Assembly: GCA_963664225.1 (NCBI GenBank) | Contig: OY760937.1 | Location: 640,001 to 704,000 of the forward strand | DNA length: 64,000 nucleotides | DNA from: Verrucomicrobiia bacterium | Lineage (GTDB): Bacteria; Verrucomicrobiota; Verrucomicrobiia; Limisphaerales; UBA1319 | Reading direction: 5' to 3' | Shown: one piece after another, positions 19,007 through 26,971 of the stretch | How positions within the stretch are numbered: position 1 is the stretch's first letter | How the letters are laid out: every line of letters starts with the position of its first letter | Translations under genes and position numbers: made by a program | The notes under the pieces: generated by a model | Seen by the model: only the letters and a program-made list of their open reading frames with translations | Told to the model about the DNA's origin: nothing | The model's database searches: none

Positions 19007-20263
19007 ATGGTCCCGTTCGTATTGGCTGTTTTACTGATCGTCGTGTTTGCGCTGGCAAGTTTCTTCTTCGCCGTGGCGGAAACGTCTCTTTTTTCGCTGG
19101 GCAAATGGCAGGTGGGGCGTCTGGCGGAACACGCCGGAGCGCCGGGCGCCAAGGTTGCCAGCCTCCTGGCCAAACCCCAGGAACTGCTGGCCACGATCGT
19201 CCTGGGCAACACTTTTTCCAACGCGGGCATAGTCGTCATGGGTTTGTGGTTCTGCCTCTATGGAGACTGGCCGGTGGGCCTGACTGCGGCGGGGGTGATC
19301 GCCCTGGTGCTTCTGGGCTGCGAGGTGGCCCCAAAAACCCTGGCCGTGCGCATGGCCGACCGCTGGGCGTTGCGGGTGGCCCAACCCATGCAGTGGATCA
19401 TGGCTCTGACCCGGCCCGTGCGCTGGCTTTCGCATTTCCTGAACACCAACCTGCTCAAGGTGACTGTTCCCAGCTCGCTGACTCCCCAGCCTGCTCTAAG
19501 TGACGGGGAATACCAGGAGCTGCTCGAACTGGCTTTCCAACAGGGCACGCTGGCGCGATCCGAGAAGGAAATCATTCTGCAAATCATCAGCCTGGACCAC
19601 CGCATCGCCCGCGAAGTCATGAGGCCGCGTTCGCGAATGGCCTGCATTGCAGATGATCTTAGTGTCGAAGATATGATCGCCGCGGCGCGCCGGCTCAAGC
19701 ACCGCCGTCTGCCCATGTATGACGAGGCCGAGGATACCATTGTCGGCGTCCTGAACACCCGCACCTTATTGCTCGATCCGTATGCGGATCTGGCTGAGGC
19801 CATCGAATTCCCCTCGTTCGTTCCCGAGACGATGAACCTGCTGCAACTGCTCAAAAGCCTCCAGCGCCAGCAGCGCGGTCTGGCCATCGTGCTCGACGAG
19901 TACGGCGGCGTGGCCGGGCTGGTGACCGTGGAGGACATTTTGGAAGAAGTCATCGGCGAAATTCACAGCGAAGGCGAGGAATCTGGATTTGTCATGGAGA
20001 AGCTGGGCGAGAACCGCTGGCGCGTGAGCGGCACGATGCGCCAGGAGGATTTCCAACGCGAGTATCCGCTGCTACAGCCGCTTCCTGACGTGGAAACACT
20101 CGGCGGCGTCATGCTCAAACTCATGGAGTGCGTTCCCGCGAGGGGCGATTCCGTGCTTTTCCAGGGGTTGACGCTGATTGCCGCGGCAACGGATGAACGG
20201 CGTGTGCGTGAAATCATCATTGAAATCTCGCGGCGCAAGAACGGCGGGGGAGGCCCAACGTGA
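19007..20263 (+). CDS. CNNM (DUF21)-CBS-CorC hemolysin-family protein
   Basis: SFFFAVAETSLFSL, EVAPK, REVMRPR and VLDEYGGVAGLVTVEDILEE motifs. Confidence 0.9.
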   Translation: MVPFVLAVLLIVVFALASFFFAVAETSLFSLGKWQVGRLAEHAGAPGAKVASLLAKPQELLATIVLGNTFSNAGIVVMGLWFCLYGDWPVGLTAAGVIALVLLGCEVAPKTLAVRMADRWALRVAQPMQWIMALTRPVRWLSHFLNTNLLKVTVPSSLTPQPALSDGEYQELLELAFQQGTLARSEKEIILQIISLDHRIAREVMRPRSRMACIADDLSVEDMIAAARRLKHRRLPMYDEAEDTIVGVLNTRTLLLDPYADLAEAIEFPSFVPETMNLLQLLKSLQRQQRGLAIVLDEYGGVAGLVTVEDILEEVIGEIHSEGEESGFVMEKLGENRWRVSGTMRQEDFQREYPLLQPLPDVETLGGVMLKLMECVPARGDSVLFQGLTLIAAATDERRVREIIIEISRRKNGGGGPT

Positions 20264-21249
20264 ACGACTGGCTCCTGCAAATCATCGCGGTCATCGCCTG
20301 CATGACCTTTTCCTTTTTCCTGTCCGGCATGGAAGTGGGTGTGTTTGCGCTGAACCGTTTGCGCATTCGCCAGCGGATGCGCACTGGCGACCGCCAGGCG
20401 CGCGTGCTTCATGGCTTTCTGGAGAATCCCGAGAATTTCCTTTGGACCATCCTTGTGGGCAACACACTGGCCAATTGCTTCAGCGTGTTCATGGTGGCCG
20501 CCGGCCTGCATTATTGGATCGGGGACCAAACGGCGCTGTTCGCAGTCGCTTTTGTGGTCTTCCTTTTTCTGCTGTATGGCTTGGGCGATCTCCTGCCCAA
20601 AATGCTTTTTCAAGCGCTGCCCAACCGGCTTTGTCTCGCGCTGGCGCAACCCTTCAAACTGATCCATTTCGCGCTTTCGCCGCTGGTCGGATTGGTGACC
20701 TGGTTTGCGCGCGGCCTGCTGCGATGGACCGGTGGGAAAACCTTTACCGGTCGGCTCTTTGGCAACCGCGAAGAGCTGCGGCTGATCATGCAGGAAACCG
20801 GCCAGTCATTTTCCTCCGAGGAAAAGGCCATGATCAACCGCGTGCTCGACCTCCAAAACCTGACGGTTCGCGAGGTCACCATTCCTCTGGACAAAGCTGT
20901 AACCGTTCCCATGGATACACCCATGAGCGAGGTTCTGCGTCTATGTCGCGAGCGCCAGCTTACACGGCTGCTTGTTGCCCAAAATATTGGCCAACGCCGC
21001 CGCATACTTGGGCTGGTCAGCCTTAAAACCGCGCTTTACCGGCCGGACCTGGACCTCAACAAAACCGCAGGCGACTATGTCAAACCCGCACTTTACCTGA
21101 ACGAAAACCTGCGCCTCGAAGTGGCGCTTGGGCGCATGCAACGCACGGGCCAGCGCCTGGCCGTGGTTCTGGATCGCGACCGCAAAGAGGCGGGAATCGT
21201 CAGCCTGGAGGACATGCTCCGTTCGCTCTTTGGGGAGGTGAGTCTGTAG
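20260..21249 (+). CDS. CNNM (DUF21)-CBS protein lacking the CorC/HlyC domain
   Basis: SFFLSGMEVG, TILVGNTLAN, DLLPK, CBS pair ending GIVSLEDML...GE. Confidence 0.88.
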   Translation: MNDWLLQIIAVIACMTFSFFLSGMEVGVFALNRLRIRQRMRTGDRQARVLHGFLENPENFLWTILVGNTLANCFSVFMVAAGLHYWIGDQTALFAVAFVVFLFLLYGLGDLLPKMLFQALPNRLCLALAQPFKLIHFALSPLVGLVTWFARGLLRWTGGKTFTGRLFGNREELRLIMQETGQSFSSEEKAMINRVLDLQNLTVREVTIPLDKAVTVPMDTPMSEVLRLCRERQLTRLLVAQNIGQRRRILGLVSLKTALYRPDLDLNKTAGDYVKPALYLNENLRLEVALGRMQRTGQRLAVVLDRDRKEAGIVSLEDMLRSLFGEVSL

Positions 21250-21251
21250 CC

Positions 21252-22586
21252 ATGGAAATCGACTCCTTCATTTTGCTGATTGGAAAAGTCCTGCTCATCG
21301 TGGGTCTGGTGATGCTCAACGGTTTTTTCGTCGCCGCCGAGTTCGCCCTGGTAAAAATCCGGGACACCCAGCTCGACCCACTCGTGCTCAAAGGCCATCG
21401 CCGCGCCAAGCTCGCCCGGCGCATTCTCTCGAACCTCGATACTTACATCAGCACGACCCAGTTGGGCATCACCTTGGCCGGACTCGCGTTGGGCGCGCTG
21501 GTGGCCCCGGTCTATGAAGCCCTGCTCAGCCCGCTCTTTCTCTGGCTGGGGCTTGCCGATCCGCACGTTCGCAATGGCGTGGCGCTTGTATTTGGTTTTT
21601 TTGTAAACACCTTTCTGCTGATTGTGATGGGCGAACTGGCCCCCAAGGCGCTGGCCATTCGCAAGACCCTGCCCACGACTCTCTGGGTCGCCCAGCCCCT
21701 GATTCTGTTCAACCACATTTCCTACCCTTTCATCTGGGTGCTAAACCAATCCGCCCAATGGGTGCTCCGCCAGGTGGGCATCAAACCCGTGACGGAGGCC
21801 GAATCGACCCATTCACAGGAGGAATTGCGGCTCATGTACGCCTCTTCACAGCGCCATTCGCATACCTCCCGCATCGAGCGGGAAATCGTCCTGAATGCCA
21901 TGGATCTGCCCCATCGCGTGGTCCGCGAAGTCATGCGCCCGCGCCAGGAAATCGTCAGCCTGAGCACCGAAAACAGCATCGCCGAGTGTCTCGAAATCGC
22001 CGAGAAAACGCGCTACTCGCGCTTTCCACTGTGCGAGGCCGGAGACATCGACCGCACCCTGGGCGTGGTGCATATCAAAGACATTTATGCCATGCGCATG
22101 AAAGCCATCTCCGGGGCGGACCTGACACCGGCGGCGCGCAAAATCATCTATGTCCCCGAATCCGCGCGCCTGGAAAAAGTCCTGCAACTAATGTTGGACC
22201 GCCGCCTGCACATGGCCATCGTGGTCGATGAATACGGCGGCACCGTCGGGTTGTTATCCCTGGAAAACATCATCGAGGAATTGGTGGGCCAGATTCAGGA
22301 TGAATTCGACCAGGAAACCCCGCTCTCTCAAAAGACCGGAGATAACACCTGGCAACTGGATGGCGCATTGCCGCTGCACGGCTTGTCGGACATCCTCGGC
22401 CAACCGCTGGGGCACGAGGATGTCGCCACCGTCAGCGGCCTGGTCACCTTGCGGTGCGGTGGTTTCCCAAAAGTCGGAGACAGCGTTCGCGTTGGCCCCT
22501 GGGAATTAAAGGTTCAGTCCATGGATGGCCTGCGCGTTTCACGCCTAACCCTGACCAAACTTCCAGAGGATACCGCAGAGATTTAG
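21252..22586 (+). CDS. CNNM (DUF21)-CBS-CorC hemolysin-family protein
   Basis: NGFFVAAEFALV, QLGIT, GELAPK, YSRFP and VDEYGGTVG motifs. Confidence 0.92.
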   Translation: MEIDSFILLIGKVLLIVGLVMLNGFFVAAEFALVKIRDTQLDPLVLKGHRRAKLARRILSNLDTYISTTQLGITLAGLALGALVAPVYEALLSPLFLWLGLADPHVRNGVALVFGFFVNTFLLIVMGELAPKALAIRKTLPTTLWVAQPLILFNHISYPFIWVLNQSAQWVLRQVGIKPVTEAESTHSQEELRLMYASSQRHSHTSRIEREIVLNAMDLPHRVVREVMRPRQEIVSLSTENSIAECLEIAEKTRYSRFPLCEAGDIDRTLGVVHIKDIYAMRMKAISGADLTPAARKIIYVPESARLEKVLQLMLDRRLHMAIVVDEYGGTVGLLSLENIIEELVGQIQDEFDQETPLSQKTGDNTWQLDGALPLHGLSDILGQPLGHEDVATVSGLVTLRCGGFPKVGDSVRVGPWELKVQSMDGLRVSRLTLTKLPEDTAEI

Positions 22587-22629
22587 CCCGTTTCCTCGGT
22601 CGTCGGACCTTTGACGCACCGTATTCTTC

Positions 22630-22658
22630 TGTAACCTTTTCGCGACTTTTTGCGAATA
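22630..22658 (+). promoter_or_regulatory. Putative ECF-sigma-dependent promoter
   Basis: TGTAAC-N17-CGAATA upstream of the exported protein/ECF sigma/anti-sigma operon. Confidence 0.45.
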
Positions 22659-22748
22659 CCTGTGTAAATCAGTCAGGAGTGGCAGGGGCCATTCTCAAGA
22701 CCATTGATTGAATAAACCGAAATCTGGAATCTAAAATAAGGCAATATC

Positions 22749-23738
22749 ATGCTTCGCATCGCTCGCACCGCAGTCCTGTTCGTAGCCCTGGCCACACCGG
22801 TCCTGGCAGGCCCCATTCAAAAGGAAAATATTCCTGCAGACGCCAAGTGGCTACTGCATTGGGACTTGGAGAAATATCGCAGCACGGAGGTGGGCCAGTT
22901 TGTTGAACGCGAGATTGTAACAAAACAAATCGCAAAGCCCCGCGCCGATCTCAAGCAGTACTTTAATTTCGATCTTGAGTGGGAAAAATTCACCTCGCTG
23001 ACTGCGTATGGGACCGATTTCGAACCCAAAGACGGCCCCCACGGCGTGCTGATTATTAAAACCGATCTCACCACGGCAAATACCGCCGAAATGGCCTTCA
23101 TTAAGCAAGCCGACTACGCCAAAACCAACGGGGGTCCTGTCGAAGAGGTCAAAGCCGGGCCTTTCGGGACCTACTCCATCCACAAAAACATTTTCGTATC
23201 CGTTCAAAAAGAGGGGCGCATCGTCCTGGGCAAATCGCTCGATCAGGTCAATAAAGCCACCGCCCTCTTTCAGCGCAAAAGCGCGAACGCTGCCGTCTCC
23301 CCCGCTTTGAGCGGAATTCCATCTGGCGACAACGATTTCTTTCTGGTCGGGTTGGCGGAGGGTTTCGGCGACCGCATCCCACTGCCCCCCAACGCCAAAA
23401 TCCTGCAGACCACGGAAGGTCTTCGCGCCATGCTGTGCGAGAAAAACAATAGACTCAGTCTGAACCTGACCCTCAAGGCCAAGTCATCGGATACCTGCAA
23501 ACAAATGCAGCAGATCATTCAAGGCATGATCGCGCTGATCAACCTCAGCCAGCAGGAAAACAAGGACCTGATGCTTCTGGCCCAGTCCGCATCCGTCACC
23601 GCCGATGACCGCCTGGTATCGCTCGGGTTGGATTACCCCGTGAAAGACGCCATCGCCAAACTGGCCGAATTCAACCGGATGAAAAACTCCGAAAAACAAG
23701 CGGAAAAATCCGAGAAAAAGTCCGCCCGCAATAACTGA
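22749..23738 (+). CDS. Exported hypothetical protein
   Basis: Signal peptide MLRIARTAVLFVALATPVLA; first gene of the sigma/anti-sigma operon. Confidence 0.8.
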   Translation: MLRIARTAVLFVALATPVLAGPIQKENIPADAKWLLHWDLEKYRSTEVGQFVEREIVTKQIAKPRADLKQYFNFDLEWEKFTSLTAYGTDFEPKDGPHGVLIIKTDLTTANTAEMAFIKQADYAKTNGGPVEEVKAGPFGTYSIHKNIFVSVQKEGRIVLGKSLDQVNKATALFQRKSANAAVSPALSGIPSGDNDFFLVGLAEGFGDRIPLPPNAKILQTTEGLRAMLCEKNNRLSLNLTLKAKSSDTCKQMQQIIQGMIALINLSQQENKDLMLLAQSASVTADDRLVSLGLDYPVKDAIAKLAEFNRMKNSEKQAEKSEKKSARNN

Positions 23739-23740
23739 TC

Positions 23741-24379
23741 GTGAGTCCTGTCCTCCCAATGGACGTTTCCGTAGTGTCCGCCGCCAGGCCTGAGCGTTCC
23801 ATCGCCCCGGGCCTGCGCGCCGTCATCACTGAAACGCCGGACACGCTGGCCCTCCGGGCGCAGGCCGGTTGCGAGGACTCGTTTGGCGAACTGGTCCAAT
23901 TGCTCGGGCCCCGGCTCCACAACTTCCTTTTCCAACTCCTGGGTAACACCCATGACGCCGAGGATGTCACCCAGGAGACCTTTATTCGCGCCTACAAAGG
24001 GCTGCCCAATTTCCAGGCAACCCGCGCCAGTGTCACCACCTGGCTCTATGCCATCGCCCGGAATACCGCCATCACCCATTTGCGCCGCCGCAAATCCAGC
24101 CAGCCGATGGATGATTTTGAATTCTCCACCGACGTCAATCCATCGATCCTTCTGGAAACCAGGGACGAAAACCGTGCGCTCTGGACGCTGGCGCGCTCGT
24201 TGAAACCGCGCGAATTCGAGGTGCTCTGGTTCCGTTATGGCGAAGGCTTTGCGGTTGCCGAAATCGCCCGCGTCATGAGCCTGACTCAAATCCACATCAA
24301 AGTGCTTCTCCACCGCGCGCGCAAACATCTGGCCGAGAAAATCGCCCAGTCTCAAACCATCCACCCGAATTTCCTATGA
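23741..24379 (+). CDS. ECF RNA polymerase sigma factor
   Basis: Region 2 DAEDVTQETFIRAY...TWLYAIARN; region 4 EIARVMSL...IKVLLHRAR. Confidence 0.92.
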   Translation: MSPVLPMDVSVVSAARPERSIAPGLRAVITETPDTLALRAQAGCEDSFGELVQLLGPRLHNFLFQLLGNTHDAEDVTQETFIRAYKGLPNFQATRASVTTWLYAIARNTAITHLRRRKSSQPMDDFEFSTDVNPSILLETRDENRALWTLARSLKPREFEVLWFRYGEGFAVAEIARVMSLTQIHIKVLLHRARKHLAEKIAQSQTIHPNFL

Positions 24380-24945
24380 TCCACTGCTGGCTTTATCAAA
24401 AGGTGGGATTCTGGTTCCGTGAAGACTCCCGGTCGCTCCCCGCGCCGGTGCAAAACCACCTCAAGGCCTGCGCCTCCTGCCGCCAGCACTTCGCGATTCA
24501 CGACGCCCTGATCCATCGCCTTTCGGCAGAAAGCGCCCACGCGTTCCGGCCCGGGCCACCTTTTCTCCAGGAGAAGATCATGGCCTCCATTCGCGCGTGC
24601 AAAAACTCGCGCAATGCCTCGGAGCAGGCCCGCTCCGGCTGGCTGCTTCCCGCTGCCGGTCTCGCCCTGCTGGCGTTGCTTGTGGGCCTGACTCTTGCCA
24701 AATCACCACAGTCGAGTCACAACACGACGATGACTACAACGGTCACCACTCCTGCAGCCAACCAGACCGCGCCATTCCCGGCGAACACTCTGGCGTCCAT
24801 TGTTCTCCCCACAAATTCCGTCGCTCAATGGAGCGCGCTACTCGATGATCCTTTACAGGTGGAAATGGCCAGCGTGATCAAGGATGCCAAAAATGCCGCT
24901 CTGGTTCTGGCCGCAAATTTCCTGCCTCCCAATTATCTCGAATAG
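24376..24945 (+). CDS. Zinc-binding (ZAS) transmembrane anti-sigma factor
   Basis: HLKACASC (HxxxCxxC) followed by a TM helix; ATGA overlap with the sigma gene. Confidence 0.8.
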   Translation: MIHCWLYQKVGFWFREDSRSLPAPVQNHLKACASCRQHFAIHDALIHRLSAESAHAFRPGPPFLQEKIMASIRACKNSRNASEQARSGWLLPAAGLALLALLVGLTLAKSPQSSHNTTMTTTVTTPAANQTAPFPANTLASIVLPTNSVAQWSALLDDPLQVEMASVIKDAKNAALVLAANFLPPNYLE

Positions 24946-25003
24946 GCGGATGGCCCTGACGTTGCCGCGCAGGAAACAGGGAGTCGCTGCGGGACCATCG
25001 TAT

Positions 25004-26725
25004 CTATTTCAGGCGCAAAATGTAGAACTGCTGGGTGGTTCCAAACACCATCGCATTGGTTGCGCTGAAGCATCCATTGGATTGAAATTGATTGGTCGCG
25101 ACCGATATCCAGTCCGCACTTTGTAATGCCAGGTTTGTCCCAACCAGTACGCTGTAGCCACCTCCCGGAAAACCATTCGTTCCGGCGACGATCAGGTTCG
25201 TCGAATCCCGCACAACGCTCGTAATGACGGGAGGAGCCATCACCGCTCCGCATCCATAAACCGCAAAACCATGTATTGGGCACGAGGCAAGCATGGCATT
25301 GCTGCTGCCAGAGAAGCCCTCCGCAATGCTGTAGGTGATGTTTGAGAATCCGATGGAACTCCAACGATCTGGAACAATCTTTTTTGCGTCGCTGGGGCAG
25401 AATAACCGCATCGGAGTATCCAGACTTGTGGTGTAGGTCAAAATGTCGGCTGGCACCACTTTGTGGAATTCCTGCCACGCCGCGAATATTTGATGCAGAT
25501 TATTGCTGCAGGAAAGCGCCTTCCAATCATAGCGGCCGGTGATGTTGGTCAATGGCTCGACACGCAAAAATGCCATTGCACTGGTCGCAGTGATACCGGA
25601 CGAATGACTCACAACAACGCTGAAATAGCCCTCATTCGTGCTTTGGCAATTGGTCAAAACAAGGCTGGCATTGGTCGCGCCAAGAAAGGACAGCGCGTTA
25701 GTGAAAGGCCCTCCAGTTGCGTCGAATGGCGACTCCTTGCGCCACTGAAATGAAAGTGCCGCATCAGGATAATCAGAGGCAACCTGAAGCGTGATCCCGG
25801 CTCCCGGGTTGACGGTCTGACTTATGGGACTGCTTCGGATCAGCGCCGGAGTCTCCCAGACGGTTGAATCCACCACCGTGCTCAGGTCCGCATTGACGTG
25901 CGCACCATGGTGCAGGCAACGGATAAAGACCGCATTCGGATCGCTGTATTTGGTTATGGGCTCCATCAGGTAATCACCCCCTGCAAGGCCAGACGCGGGA
26001 CAGATCAACCAGTCGGGCCTGTCGGCCAGTCCATAGGCGAGCAAGTCCTGAAAGGATTGTGCCGGCGCATCCGCATTATCCATGGCAAATCCAGACGCGC
26101 AAATTGCAAGCTGGCGCAAATTCGCCAGGCATTGGACCACCTGGCGGGCTTTGGATGGATAGTCTGCAACGCTGTACGACGTAAAAAGCTCGGCATCATG
26201 GGCTGCCGGAAACAGTGCGTAAGGGTGCTTCACGATGACCCGCCCATCACAGAGCAAACGGTTGTCGTCATACAGGCAGGTCGTATTGGTGCAATTGGGA
26301 TGGCTGCCATCAAATTCAGGCGCGGTGTAACTGGCTTGCGCAAAATCGAACTGATCCCAGTTGGTGCCTGAAGGCTGGTAGGGGGACAATGGGCAAATGA
26401 GGAAAGAAGGACTGCCGATATAAAGCCGCATCGTTGCCCAGGCCTTCGGGAACTGGGCATTATAATCGATGGCATAAAGACTTTCGGCTTTGTAAAGCTG
26501 ACTCAGATTGTTTGAGCAATGGTCTATCAATGTTCTTTTGGCAAGTGCAGAGGATTGGGTTCCCGCACCCCGGAACACCGCAATTGAATCCGTTGTTTGC
26601 CATTGTTGACCAAAAGTTGTATGGCAGAACACCAATAAGCCGAACAGCAATACTGGATGGCGAAATGAGATGGCCAATTTAATGAAACGGGAGGCAAACG
26701 GTGACTTTCTACATTTGTTTTGCAT
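25004..26725 (-). CDS. Secreted protein with three pilin-head-like repeats, an Ig domain and a C-terminal sorting-like domain
   Basis: Signal peptide; three C-x-(N/A)-N-L-x-Q-(L/I)...L-(I/F)-C-P repeats; Ig domain 'SQTVNPGAGITLQV...FQWRK...GATNASLVL...EGYFSVVVS'; C-terminus GTNL..DW...QQFYILR. Confidence 0.75.
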   Translation of the reverse strand: MQNKCRKSPFASRFIKLAISFRHPVLLFGLLVFCHTTFGQQWQTTDSIAVFRGAGTQSSALAKRTLIDHCSNNLSQLYKAESLYAIDYNAQFPKAWATMRLYIGSPSFLICPLSPYQPSGTNWDQFDFAQASYTAPEFDGSHPNCTNTTCLYDDNRLLCDGRVIVKHPYALFPAAHDAELFTSYSVADYPSKARQVVQCLANLRQLAICASGFAMDNADAPAQSFQDLLAYGLADRPDWLICPASGLAGGDYLMEPITKYSDPNAVFIRCLHHGAHVNADLSTVVDSTVWETPALIRSSPISQTVNPGAGITLQVASDYPDAALSFQWRKESPFDATGGPFTNALSFLGATNASLVLTNCQSTNEGYFSVVVSHSSGITATSAMAFLRVEPLTNITGRYDWKALSCSNNLHQIFAAWQEFHKVVPADILTYTTSLDTPMRLFCPSDAKKIVPDRWSSIGFSNITYSIAEGFSGSSNAMLASCPIHGFAVYGCGAVMAPPVITSVVRDSTNLIVAGTNGFPGGGYSVLVGTNLALQSADWISVATNQFQSNGCFSATNAMVFGTTQQFYILRLK

Positions 26726-26808
26726 ATGGATATTTGCAAACAGTTACACCTTGTTTTCTGAGCAGCAGGACACGGCGAACCTACTCTCTCCTATTTACAC
26801 TGGCAATA

Positions 26809-26836
26809 CGTTATTCCAGCAGCGTTATTCCAGCAG
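26809..26836. repeat. Perfect 14-bp tandem direct repeat in a divergent intergenic region
   Basis: CGTTATTCCAGCAG twice. Confidence 0.7.
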
Positions 26837-26971
26837 TGTCAGCGATTGACATCCGGCTCGTTTTGATCGAGAGTTTTTTGAGGCTAAGTTGCCACCGTAC
26901 GATCCCGCTTCATTGGAGCCGCAGACCGGGCGATTCCATCTTGACCAGAAAGAATATTTTACGGCGAAGCT

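Noticed and set aside
26730..26971. Cobalamin riboswitch upstream of the B12 radical SAM gene
   Set aside because: No B12-box or GGGAA / GCCACTG elements found by eye.
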